DNA of 63,898 bases, counting the filler, from Psammoneis japonica (taxonomy: Eukaryota), in NCBI GenBank assembly GCA_008632985.1. It is 3 parts of 3 records of this genome, joined end to end, with 100 filler letters (N's around TTAATTAATTAA, not from the genome) between each part and the next. Parts side by side here need not be neighbours in the genome. Positions count along the whole stretch, not along the records: positions 25,188 to 49,361 come from QPGO01000431.1; 2 more parts are not named here. One strand, given 5' to 3'. Both the position numbers and the translations under genes were made by a program. Shown one piece after another: positions 25,900-38,026 of the stretch. Numbering within the stretch: position 1 is the stretch's first letter; every line of letters starts with the position of its first letter. The notes below the pieces were generated by a model. That model did no database searches. It had not been told where the DNA came from and worked only from the letters and a program-made list of their open reading frames with translations.

Positions 25900-27110
25900 G
25901 CAACAACAAAGTCAGCCATGCCACTCTGGAGCCCCTCTGACTGCATTCATCTTGGCTTTTTGTGCACCTGCGCATGGTCCATGCGCTGCTTCATGGCAGA
26001 GGACAAGATGCTCTCCTCAACACCTTCCATGATGGCAATCTTGACCTTGCTGTCATTGCCATTGCGTGCAACAATTCAAATTCAACAAGGCTCCACAACC
26101 AGCTTTTTTGCACATCTGCGTGGTCTGCATGTTAAAAACTCATGGTGGGCACAATGCTTTCAATCCCTTCCACAGCAGCAGCAATCTTGACCCAGTTGTC
26201 ACCATTTGCACCAAACAAGTGCCTCAAGGCAGAGCAACCGGCTTGCTGCACACTCAGCACACCATGCTCCACTTGTTTGTTCATTGTGGATGCAATGCCC
26301 CCAATCCTTCCCATGGTGGCATTCTTGACCTTGTTGTCATCATTTTGCAGAGCCAAAATCCTCAAGGCTCAACAACAACCAGCTTCTTGCACACCCGCGT
26401 GTGTCAGTTCATGGTGGACACAATGCACCACCAGCCAACCCCTCCCACAATGACAATTTTGACAACCTGAGCAAATGAAGGGGCTTGTGATTTGAGCATT
26501 TTTATTTTGGACAAGACATGTTGGTTGATGAACTTGACTCATGTTCTCATGTTTGAGCTTGAGGTTTTGTGATTTGGGTTTGAGAGGTTTTGAGCTTTGG
26601 ACAACAAGGCAGAGCAGCACTCAAAGAATTGAACTTGTGGAAGATTTTGCAAATCTCCTTTGGCCATTTCAGGCCACATCATTCTTTCTCCTTGTTGCAC
26701 AAAATTGTCTGAGAGCACCTGGGCATCAACAACAGAAGATTCTCAATTCCCCACACTGCTGCATCTGCAGTGGTGGGGGGTTGCCTTGGTCAAATGGGTG
26801 GTGCTCAAATGTGATTCTTCTGGTGGAGGCAACAGAAAGGCTGGCTCTCCAATCCAAAGATTGAAACATCCACGTGAACTTGCAGCACCATCAGAACATG
26901 ATGCTTGCACTGTCTTTCAGCATCAAATGCAAGCACAGGAGCTGCAAATGGGGGCATGAGGCAGTTGTGCCAAGCAGCGCCAATTGTCAAGCCCTTTCCA
27001 ACTGTGATGCTCACTCCAACACCCATTTTCAACAATTTTGCAAAGATTGCAGCAGATTTCCAACACATGCCAACAACGATCAGCACCGCCAAGGTCTTGC
27101 ACACTCAAAC
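25900..27110 (-). pseudogene. Armadillo-repeat pseudogene, possibly with an upstream U-box-like domain, inside a TpA-depleted block
   Basis: Repeated VQEAGCC.ALRILALQNDDNKVK..., VQQAGCSALRHL...NWVKIAAAVEGIESIVPTM and VQKAGCGALLNL. Upstream TLAVLIVVGMCWKSAAI...ITVGKGL is weakly U-box-like. Confidence 0.6.
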
Positions 27111-29008
27111 AGCACATCGAAGCTTTGCTGCTGCTTGTTCCTTTTTCCCATGACTCCTGGCATGCTTCACCCACTGCCCGTGCTTGTGTTGCCAATGTTT
27201 TCTTGCTGCAGCCCTGGCTTTTGGCTTTCCTTCTTTGAGCTCGCTCACTGTTCTTTAACAAGGGTTTTGGGCAAATTTTCAAAGTTTGACTCAGGGCTCA
27301 ACATGCAGTCTTCCCAGCAACTGCAACAAAAATCCATTTGGGCTCCACTCAACTGAGTGCTGATTGTCCCCAGCTCCTCACATTCTAACACTCAGTTGTC
27401 AGTGTCCTGCACATTTTTAGAAACATTGCTCCCCCAACCACTGTTGATGCTGCTGCAATTTAAAGGATGCTTGTTCTGCCTTGAGGGACCTCTCTCTTCT
27501 GCTCTTGTCATTTTCTTTTCAGTTGTGGGCTGTGCATTGCAAAGCCAGAAAAAACTGACAAAAGTGTCAACTTCCTCACAAAATCACTCACTCAAATGCC
27601 AGCACTTTGAAAATCTTGTCCCTGTCTCTGACGCCTGTGGCTTTGGCATCCAGGCAAGTTGTGGGTGCATCATTTCAAAACCAGAACAAGAAGGGCCTGT
27701 GGTGCAGTTTTTTTTTGGCGCTGGTCTCTGCACTGTTTTTGCAACATGACAACTGATGTGCACACTTGCCTTTCTCAGTGCTGGCTTTGCAAATGCAGAG
27801 CTTCAATCAACAGAACATTCAGCACTTTCCCAGCAACTGGACTCTTCTTGCCTTGCACATTGGGGTGCAAATGAGCAGATGTCCACAGGTTGGGTTTTGC
27901 TGGAGTCATTTAAAATGCTCGAATGACGGAATGCACAAAACTGGCAAATGGTTTGTCAAAGGTGTTCGTGATGAATGCATGGATCTTGAGTCCATTGGGA
28001 TTCAAAGTCAAGAAGAAGGTGCCAGACTGATGGGTCCATCTGAGTCAGGGCACAATCATCTGGTGGTCCACCGCATCTCACATGGTTTTGCTTTCACAGT
28101 CTTCATCTTTGAATTTTTAAGCACAATCAGAATGAAAATTCACAAACTGTTGGTGCAAAATTTCCCACATGCTGGGGCCATCAATGCCAGCATCAGTCTT
28201 GGCATTTCCCACTCTTTGATGTCTGTCACTTTGACAAACAATGAGTTCCACCCACATGTTTGAAGGAGTGCAAGTGCTCACAAGATGAACAACTGTGCTG
28301 AAGCATGATGAAAGAGAAATCACCTTTGTCACACAAATGTCAAGAAGAGCGGCTGTGTGCAAGGATTCCAGATGGAAAATGACTCATGTGCAGCAAGCAT
28401 GATTCTTTGTGAAAGATCACGGCAGGAAAATTTCGAAGAAGACCACAAGCGTTTCAAGCACAGGAGTGATGAGAATGGGAAAGATCTTCTGTTGCACCTA
28501 CATTGCATGAGGTGCCACCCTAGCTGGCTCTAACTAGCTAGGCTGGGCGGTGGTCATGTAGCCTTCTGCTGGCTCGTAGTCGTTCTAAATAATGATGTGC
28601 TCAGAAAAAGAATTGACATGTGCTGCATTTGCGTTGACTGTTTTCCGTACTTCTGCATTGTTCTATAAGGGAGACGCGGTTTCTCGCAAATCGAACCCCT
28701 CTGTTGGACTGCACTGCTGCTAGCGAGACGGTGTGATTTCTCCTGGAGAGAAAGTCAGTGTCAGCCAATGATGATAGTCACCAAGAATACCCTCATTCAT
28801 CTAGACATATTCACAAAAAAATTCTCTTCTACTACGGCCATCCTAAGCGACTACTCCTTCTCCCCGGCACAACCCATTCCGCGAACCGACCTTGTTCTCA
28901 CGACTGGAATAATGTACATCGCACTTACTCTTACAAGTCCTCCATTGATTTTGATTGAATCTCTATTGACTTGTGTAAGAAATACATTGCATGAGCTTCT
29001 TCCCATCA

Positions 29009-30142
29009 TCACGCCAACAGGGAGGCTCGACGCGTAAGGATGGATTGGATTGCCAATCGACAAACGTCAGTCTTACATGCTAGTTCCTTTAAGTCTTGCA
29101 AAATCTCATAATCTGCACGGTAGAACTGTGCAAGACATTGTTTAGCCTTGGGTGATAGAGGAGCATGATACTTGTCGGTTGTAACGGAAGAATGAAGTCT
29201 CGACGGGGACGTGCGAGGGGCATTGTTCCTCTTCTGCTTGCAATCCATTTGAACAACATTGGCTTGTCGCGAAGCAAAGTCAGACGCATTGAAGAATCTT
29301 GTATGATTATGGATCCAACGAACCGCATCATCAATTTGAGCATAATAGTCAAAATTCTCCTCCAGCACAACTGGCATAATGGACGGTGCTGCTGTTTTCC
29401 ACCAGTCGATTCCCAACCAATCCTCTATGGAGAATCGAGCGTGTACAATTTGTTTCAAATCCATCCTGGCGTCCGCCTCAGTAGAATCATTGCAAAGGGC
29501 TTCTGCCAAGAGGTTTGCATTTTGCTCATACTTGTCAAAAATAATTTCCTGCTCGGCACGCACACGAGAATGATTCTGACAATGCGTGTAGGGACCGCCT
29601 GCTGGATAACCCGGTTCGCGATCATCGCCGTGTGGATTGCAGAGGACAAGGTCTCGCCAATAAAAGGCCGAAACAAAGCGATCGATCGGATCTCGAATTG
29701 TAATGACAAATAATGCAGCCGTATCGGACACCAAGCGCTTGGTACAAGGAGTCGGATGACATTCTCTGGGTTTGATCCGCCATGCACGAGTTGTTCGGTC
29801 TCGAAATGTACCGCCTCCGGCTTTTCCAATGTGCAACAGCATGAATTTATCTCTTGATAGAGATATCATCTGTATATTACTGAGTGATTTCTCCTTTTTT
29901 GAGGACTGTGAGGTACATTCTGCGCTGAGATCGTTTTGGATTAATGACGTGGTTTCATTATTGTGTTGCGAAAAAGGTGCGATCTTTTTCTGCACCAGCT
30001 CATGGTGTTGTAATTTGCTCCTCGGATCCGACAGGATAACAAGCACACAATAAGCAACTAGAGCAACTGGAGCCACTGAAAGGAAAACTGGTCTTGTCAT
30101 TGTCATGGCGTTTGATGTGTATCGGCAGCGGATCGTCATCAT
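29009..30142 (-). CDS. Golgi-type carbohydrate sulfotransferase (Sulfotransfer_2-like), type II membrane protein
   Basis: N-terminal TM anchor; 5'-PSB motif LLHIGKAGGGTF; 3'-PB motif IRDPIDRFVSAFYW; C-terminal FYRADYEIL. ORF is intact. Confidence 0.85.
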   Translation of the reverse strand: MMTIRCRYTSNAMTMTRPVFLSVAPVALVAYCVLVILSDPRSKLQHHELVQKKIAPFSQHNNETTSLIQNDLSAECTSQSSKKEKSLSNIQMISLSRDKFMLLHIGKAGGGTFRDRTTRAWRIKPRECHPTPCTKRLVSDTAALFVITIRDPIDRFVSAFYWRDLVLCNPHGDDREPGYPAGGPYTHCQNHSRVRAEQEIIFDKYEQNANLLAEALCNDSTEADARMDLKQIVHARFSIEDWLGIDWWKTAAPSIMPVVLEENFDYYAQIDDAVRWIHNHTRFFNASDFASRQANVVQMDCKQKRNNAPRTSPSRLHSSVTTDKYHAPLSPKAKQCLAQFYRADYEILQDLKELACKTDVCRLAIQSILTRRASLLA

Positions 30143-30389
30143 TGTGTGGTGCGCTTCTTGGAGCTGTTTTTTTTTGCGACGATGCTGTGCGTGCGTGCGT
30201 GCGTACGCGTGCGGGGAGGCGTGGGTCGTCTGTCCACCAACCCGAATTCTCAATTGTGTCTGTACTTCTGTCGGTCGGAATTCTGATTGAAATTATTTTC
30301 GCGCCACGCGTCTCGATTCTCAAACCGCTTGCTTCGAGGATCATAGGTGATGCACAGACACTGGACTAACCATAGATTGGTTCAGCAGC

Positions 30390-32800
30390 ACTAGGATGAT
30401 TGTTGTGAAAGTGGTTAACCCTGAAACTTGCACTGGTCTCTGGTGCAAGTGCACCGATGAACCTCTCCCATTTGGCACACTCAGCAGATTCAGTCCAGGT
30501 GGCTCATGGTTTGGTGAAAGACTTCTGACTGAGTGCTGGTCATTGCCAGTTGGCAGTTGCTCTCCACTTGCACTCTGCCTGAGGCATTGGTCTGGATTCC
30601 ACATCCAGTCAGTGCATTGTGGGAAGAGGCGCACTCGGCAGGAGCTCCATGGGCACGTGCAAGCACTTCGGCTGGTCGGCTCGCCCAACTGGGGCAAATT
30701 AACACATTCTGTGCTTCCGCATGGGGACACCCAGACCAGTGCAACCATCCATGGATCTGATGCTGTCATTGCTGCCCTCCATCCATGCTCCGTGCTTTTG
30801 ATGTCAAGCACTGGTGTGCCTGACTCTGTCAGCCGAACAGCTGGCTCCACCAGAAGGTGTGTTGTTGATTTTGCATGTGCACCATCTCAGGCCCTGCTCC
30901 ACCCATGGCCCACCTGAGGCCCAAGAGAGTTCTCTGAGCTTGTGTCCTTTGATTGAGAATGTCCCAAATGATTGGCCCAACTCAACAGCTTCAAGCGTGC
31001 TGTCGGACATGGCTGACTGCCCCGAGATCTTCGTGGACCAGCCTCCCAAGGATCAACCTCCGCCAGAGGACAATCCACCCCCTCAGGACCCCCATGATTC
31101 AGATGACAAGTCCATTCCAGCTTCAGGGCCCCACCTGGATGCTGAGGACAACTCAGATGATGAGTCCATTGCAGGAGATGGCACAACAATGGCCGACGAA
31201 CGTTGCTCTCTTCAAGCCATGGCTGCAATGGCAGTGGGGCAGTGATGCCAAAGACCAAAGTCCACAAGCCCAAGGCTCCCAAGACAAAGGGAGTTGTCTC
31301 TGTTGAAGCTGCTGAAAAGGTGGCTTGGACTGGCAGGAAACCCAAGACTGACTTCAAGTGTTGGGGTCTCTTCACAGAATTCAATGGCGTGGACACATCC
31401 ATCAATGTGATGATTCTGTCTTGTTTGCCTGCCATGGATGCATTGACTGGGTCCTCTGTTTGCATGGTTGGCTGCAACCTGCTGCAGATGAGGTCAACTC
31501 TGATTTCATGGCTGCTCCTGTTCCTGTTGACTTGACTTCTCAATTGTGCTCTGGCACAGGGGGTCCTGTGAAAGGCACACCCAAGCATCATGAATTGGCA
31601 GGAAAGCACAGGGTTTTGGGCATTGCACTCTTCTTTGTGAGTTGTCACATGCTTGCATGATTTGTTGTCTCAAGATTGACTCTGCCATCACTGCACTCTC
31701 CAAGTTCAAGTTGCACCCAGCTCCCATCTGTTGCACGGCATTGAAAGGCGTTGCCAAGTGCCTCCGATGCACAGAGAACTGGGACATCAGCTGTTGCAAG
31801 CCATCCAAGGACACTTGTTTGCCACCGCACTCACATGAGTGACTTGTCTCTGATGACTCCTTGCTTCCTTTCCTGACCCTGGACTCCCTGTCTCAGCTGC
31901 TTGCTTTTTGGACACGGCTTGTGGTGATGACCTTCACAACCATCACTCAACTGCTGGCCATGTGTGTGTCTTGGCTGGCGCCACCACAGCATGTTGATGC
32001 AAGACAGAGACAGTGATCACCACACCAGCTTGACAGAAGCAGAGTTCTGTGCTGCTGGCACTGCCACCAAGCTTGTTTTGCATCTTCACTTGGTTCTTTG
32101 AGAGCTCAGTTTCATCAAGATGACCCTGTTGTTCATTGACAACAAACTGCAGCCATCAAGATCATCATCAATCAAATTCTGACCAAGTGCTCCTGCCACA
32201 TTGGCATCCAGTGGTGTGCTTTTTAGGACTGGAAGGATGATGCAAGGCATGTTGTCACATGACATTGTGTCACTGGCAATGTCAGCCTGAGTGATGACCT
32301 CACCAAGGCTCCTGGCTCAACACTCCATGCCCGCCATGCCCATGAGATGATGGGACATTTCTTTCACTGATTTGTTGTTGCTGGCATCTGCAGAGTTGCC
32401 CTCATTGTTTCATGTTGTTTGAATCCTGCCTCCCTGGAGTCATCTGGTCTGTTTTTTGTGCCCCTTTGGTTGACTGTTTGTCCTCCCTTTTTTCTTGTTT
32501 GGTGATCTGCGTCATCTTTTCCTGGACATGTCAGATCACAGGGGAGGGTGTCAACCCACCCTGCAGAGGCATGTGGGGGCAGACTGTGCATGGATGATGG
32601 TCAGACCATTTGTGAGATTTTCTCTCACTTGTTTCTTGCTGGCACATGTGTTGTCCACTGTCACCAGTTTGCAGGGAGCTCTTTGGCATGTTGCTCATGC
32701 CATTGGCATTCTGTCAGGATCATGCTGGCACTTCTGCCTGTCACAATGTGCTGCACGTGAGAGATTTTTTCTGGGCAAAAAATGCTTTGATTGTCACCAA
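30390..32800 (+). mobile_element. Heavily degenerate copia LTR retrotransposon remnant (RT/RNase H, PPT, start of 3' LTR at 32549)
   Basis: TALKGVAKCLRCT (RT), HIGIQWC and SDDLTKA...LHARHA..MMGH (copia RNase H C-terminus). PPT GGGGAGGG is followed by TGTCA. Right boundary is approximate. Confidence 0.7.
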
Positions 32801-33422
32801 AATGTTGCACAACAGCATGGTGCATCAACAGCACTTCAGGAAGATGCACCTCAAAAGCAGAGCAGTGATGCCTCAACTTGATGCTTTTCATGCAATCTGT
32901 GACATCTGCTCAATTTATGATGGTGAGCAAAGTTCAGCAGCACCAAGGCAGGTTGTGGAGCAAATGTGCAATTTAGACTTGCACCCTTTTTTTTTTTTCA
33001 TGTTTGCCATCAGGCATTTTGTCATTGGCTTCTCTCATTGTGAATTTTCATTGGTGATTGTGCATTCCTGGCATCAAGCATGTCACAAGTGACAGCATGT
33101 CAAAGGTGTCTGGCAGTGCCATTGCTGTGAGTTGAACCCAAATTGGTGTGGTGGCATCTGTTGTTTGGCAAAGTAAAATGGTGAGCATGATTTGTGAGGA
33201 TGCTTCTTCTGCTTTGCAGTTTATGACTTGGACTGCTGAATGTCCAAGAAATTTTCTCATGGACTCCACTGTCTGTTTCTTGTGCCGTTGGTGCCACAGA
33301 ACATGTTTGTGAGTTGTTCAAAGCCAAGTTTGTTTGGTTGCATGTGTTTTGGGTGAAGCAAAATGGTGGCTGCTTGTGCCTCTTGTGAACTCATTTTTGT
33401 GCTTTGTGTTGTTCATGACCCA

Positions 33423-33662
33423 GATGTCAACATGCCACCCGCAAAAGAACTCCGGAGTGACAAATTTACGTAGAAGAGGCACCAGATCCCCAGTGGAAAC
33501 ACCAAACAACATTGTTTGACAACCCTGGTGCTGATTCTACACTGGATTCTACACAGTTTCTGGACATTCCGGACTTTTTTGGCAATTCTGCAGGGGCCCT
33601 GGTGCTGCTTCTGTGTAAATTTGGTTTTCCGGAGTTCTTTTGCGGGGTGGCATGCTGCATCC
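33423..33662. mobile_element. Fold-back/MITE family 2 with ~65-bp imperfect TIRs
   Basis: CATGCCACCCGCAAAAGAACTCCGGA..AAATTTACGTAGAAG..GCACCAG at 33431-33490 is the inverted complement of 33596-33654. Confidence 0.75.
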
Positions 33663-36029
33663 AAGAAAAGCTCCCGCCAATTCTGTGATCTGTTTGTTGT
33701 GCCATTGCCACAGGGAACATTTGCCAGTTGCAATGGGTTTCATTTCAGCTGCTGTTTGGGTGAAGCAGAATTTTGCGTGCACAGCTTGTGAGTGTGTGCC
33801 TTGTGAGCTCACATGTTGTGAGCATTTTGCACTTTGTGGCTTGCACAGCCAAATGTCAAAGACATGCTCTCTCATGGACTTTGTTGTCTGTTTCTTGTGC
33901 TGTTGCCACAGGAATCATCAATGGACCTGTTGCAGTTGAAGCTGATGGGCTGTCATGAGGGCAATGCACCACAGTTTCTGTTGTTTGCACCAATGCTCAG
34001 ACTCATGCACAACACCCACACTGCAAGTGGCACCCAAGTCCATGGGAGTGTTCAGTTGGCAAAATGTTCCCTCTGATGCCAGGCAAGGGATCCAACTCAA
34101 CATGCACTCCATCTTCCACAGCAAGATGCGTGGAGTTCTGGACTCCATTCCTCTCCATCAACTTCAGGCAAAAATGGTTTCTTGCAACAACCATTTCACC
34201 TTTTCCCTTGAATCCTTGTCCTGGCAACCAAACAAATGATGCTCTCAATGCAACAGTGGTGTTTCCTTCTTGAACTTGGCAACAACCCAACAATGGATGT
34301 GCAACATTGGCAGCAATGCAGCACTGAGCAATCTCTTTGCAAAATTGTTTGCAATTGCTCCAATTGTGTTGGCACTGGCCACATGCCAGAATCTTTGACC
34401 TTGGCATGTGGTGCAGACTGCATTGTGTTGATGCAAGTGGTGAAGTTGTTGGGCATGCTGGAATGCAGATGCCAAGGGTGTTGTGCGGAGTGCATTTGTG
34501 CATGGTGGTGAATTGCAAAAATTGCAATTTTGCTCCACAGAAATTCTCTCAGATGCAGCACATGATCATGACAGGTCTTGGGCAGAAGGTCTGTGCCCAT
34601 GGCCCACCTTGTTGTTTTGTCACCAGCGCATCACGCATTTGGCAACAACAGACAATTTGTGCACCTCTGGTCATCTGGCAATCATGATCAATGGGAGGTG
34701 TGGCTCTGCCTGGATCACACAATGTGGTGCCCAATTTTGATTGGAACACATTGGGAACTGGATGCTCCCACAGCAGAATCACAGTTTGGCCACCTCGCAC
34801 ATTGACTTTGCATGATGCATCAGACAGAAAAACCCTTTTGAGTGCAACAGCTGCAACAGGTCTGTTTGAGCAACAAGTGCAAAGTGCAAGACATGTCACA
34901 TCTGCTGCACATTGTTGTTTGATGCCATTTCTGCAGTGGTCAAGTCTGAAGGGGTTGTCAAAAACAATGACAATAAAAGCAAAGAGGAAAGTTTGATGGG
35001 CACAAACATTCCTGCAGTCCTCCAACTTTCTGCCACCATTGGAAAAAGGAAGGCCAAGAAATTCAACAATGACTTCTTCTTGGACAATGATGCACACAAT
35101 GAGCTCCATTGCAGCTCCAATTTCCAAGACATTGAGCAGAGGTTTTTGACAAAGCACAGGACACAACAAGGAAAGAAGCTTGAAATTTGAGAGGTGGTCA
35201 CAGAGTTCAGGAGTTGCCATCTGTTCACATTCTGAAGAATTTGCACTGAATGAGCTCAAGACTGTTCCTTTGGCAGACAAGCAAATCAAGCTGCAGGCTT
35301 TGAGCAATGACGCAGTCTTCCACAATGCACTCAACCACGTTGCTTGCCAAGAATTGAACCACAACAGCTCTGGGGTCAACCAACACATTCTTGCTGTTGT
35401 CATCTGCACAAAGAAAAAGAAGGAGAAGAGGATTTTGAGAAGCAGAGGACATGGTGGTGCTGCCAACAACAACCACAATCACAGCCAACAAAGACCAAGT
35501 GGGCCATGCAGGATTGTGACACCAAACTCAGTGTTGACATGCTTGGCCCCGCAGTTCTCCTGCACAGTGATGAGACAAAGGAGCACACCCCAAAGGTTCA
35601 TGAGATGAGCTGTGACATCCCACCATGTGTCTGGCTTTTGAGCAAGAGCATGGGAACAATCTGAATGAGTGCACAGAACCCGAGTGCAATTTTGCTGATG
35701 ACAAAGATGGCCCAAGTCTGCATCAATGTGTGAACACTGCATCATTTGTCAAAAGATGTTCTTTGAAGCTTGCAATTTGATCCATGGCCCTGCAAGATTG
35801 ACACACAATTGTTGAGAGGGTGGTTGCATTGGCAACAAATCAAAGTCATTCTTGCTGCCAAACAGAGGCTGGCACAAGACAACAGAGTTGAAGAGAAGCA
35901 CATTAAAAGCACAGGAAATGCTCTGCCACACAAGCAAGGAGGCAAGAAAAACAAGTCTGTTGATGTTTGCATCATGAACAAGCCATTGCAGGGGTGATGC
36001 TGTCAAGAGCATTGAGACAATGCTTGCAC

Positions 36030-36950
36030 CACCTGGCACTCCCATGATGCTTCAAGTGCACCTTGTGGAAACCAAAAACATCATTTCAATCAGATTTAGA
36101 TCAAGGAAACATGGGGCAGAATGAATGATTGCAGCCCCCATGGCTTCAATCACATTGACAATGCAGCCCGAATGGTGCACTGACACATTGTCCAGCACCA
36201 CAATGGACCTTGGTTCTCCCAAACTTCAGTCACCAAGGCACAGAAGAAGCTTCTCTTTCACCCACAATTTACAATGCCCCTGATCAACAGCTCCAACAAT
36301 TGGATCCCTCTCTTCATCTCTTGAGTTGCCATGCTGAACAACATTGCATGCTTCCTTTGCACGACCATTGATGTCACAAGCAGCAAGCAACGAATGCCAA
36401 GCACATTTGTCCATCATGTGGGATGCAACCAAACAGGAATTTTGCCCCTTTTTGAAAACCAATGCTGCTGTCTTGCTTCACTTCAGTCTTTGTGAGACAC
36501 TCATTTACATGAGTGAACTGACATCTTGGGTTGAAGAGCCGCAGCTTGCAAAGCATTGAGACAACAGGCCCTTTGTTCCTTGTCCATTTTGATGGCCTTG
36601 TCTGTCATGACTTTGAGTGAGTGCCCTGCATCTTTTTTGAGTTTCTTCCATGTCTGACTTGAACTCCACTTTTTGCCAGTGATGTCATTTATTTTTAGCA
36701 CCAGTTCACCCAAATGCAGCCCAGGTTCCTCATCCACAACATTCTTTAAAACTTTGGTGTGCCACATCGTCCACATGCATTGCTTGCATCCAATGCAAGA
36801 TCTTGTCATCCAATTGCCAGTTTCAGCCAGAGTCTCTCCATGCAGAAGACAATGATCAAAGTGTCTTTGACACTTTGAAGGACTTTCAGTGTCCCGAGGA
36901 AGATGCAGCTCACTCGCTTGCTTGCGCAGGTTGGAGCACTTCATTCGCCA
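36030..36950 (-). mobile_element. IS630/Tc1-mariner-type DDE transposase, degenerate
   Basis: HTH-like EEPGLHLGELV...WKKLKK..GHSLK; GEPRSIVVLDNVSVH; IIHSAPCFLDLNLIEM (derived from the xxPYSPDLNPIE motif). Confidence 0.85.
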
Positions 36951-37737
36951 GCTCCAACTTGGATGACATTTGGACCCAATCCAATCTGAACAAACAAGAT
37001 GATGGCCTGTTAAAAACCATGTTCATTGCAATGCTGCACCATTGGGTCAACCTTCACAGCAATGGATTGCTGATTTCTCCAAGCAATGGTCCGTGCCAGT
37101 TGCTCTTCCGCAACAAAATGTGCACTCGGTGGGTTCCTCAACATTGTTTGCAGCCCATTGTTTTCAACAATGCCAATCACATGGCATCATTTGAGACACA
37201 AAAGGCAATTGTAAGTTGATGGGCAATTTTGGGGTGAAGAGGTGTTTGTCACAAACAAACGATTGTCGTGGACTTCAGGAGGCAACAACAGCCGATGTGT
37301 GAGAGTCAATTTTCGCCATTTCTTGTTCTTGACACATGCCAGTGTCAGCATTTCGCAATGTGGATCAACAGAGCATGTGAGTGCGATTCTAAAACGCCCC
37401 TGGACGTCTCTGGGCGTTGCTTGGTTTATGAGAAATGACACCAAAGAGGCAGAGAGTGGTGTGGAGGTGTTGTGATGAAAATGATAATTAATTTTTGCGT
37501 TTATCTGCATGTGTTTCCACTTTTTGGTGGAAGTTTAGCAACTTGCTAATGTCAATTGTTGTTGGTGCTGCAAGTGCATGACACTGCATCCACTTCCAAT
37601 AATTGCAACACGAATGTGATAGACATTAACATTTATTTTGCAATGTCGAAAACATCAACATGGCAATTCTCCAAGTCCTCCACACCCTCAACTTGGTATT
37701 TTATCCATGGTCTTCACACCGTTAATGGGGGAGTGAA

Positions 37738-38000
37738 CTACTTGTAATCAGGGATTTTGGGGCAGGTCTTCTTGCGGCACTTGACACCGGTTCCCACGAA
37801 TTTTCCTCCGCGCCTGCAGCACTTGGTCTGCTCCAACACCATGCATTTGCCGTTCTTCCAGCAACAGGCACCGGGTGTAGAGGAGCATGTCTTCTTCTTG
37901 CACTTGGTGTCGAATCCGACAAACTTTCCATTGCTCTTATTGACACAAGCATTCTTCTTCAACACGGCACACGATCCATTGGGCAAGCAGCACGCACCTT
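37738..38000 (-). repeat. Duplicate of the last two Cys-rich modules of the surface-protein gene, located after its stop codon
   Basis: [16 protein letters not shown]...[13 protein letters not shown] is nearly identical to 38027-38285 but in a different frame. Confidence 0.85.
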
Positions 38001-38026
38001 TTCCACACCCTCAATCGGGGTACAGA

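Noticed and set aside
25188..37200. Dense overlapping Cys/His-rich ORFs in all six frames
   Set aside because: A by-product of TpA loss, which removes TAA/TAG stops and enriches TG/CA. They are not genes.
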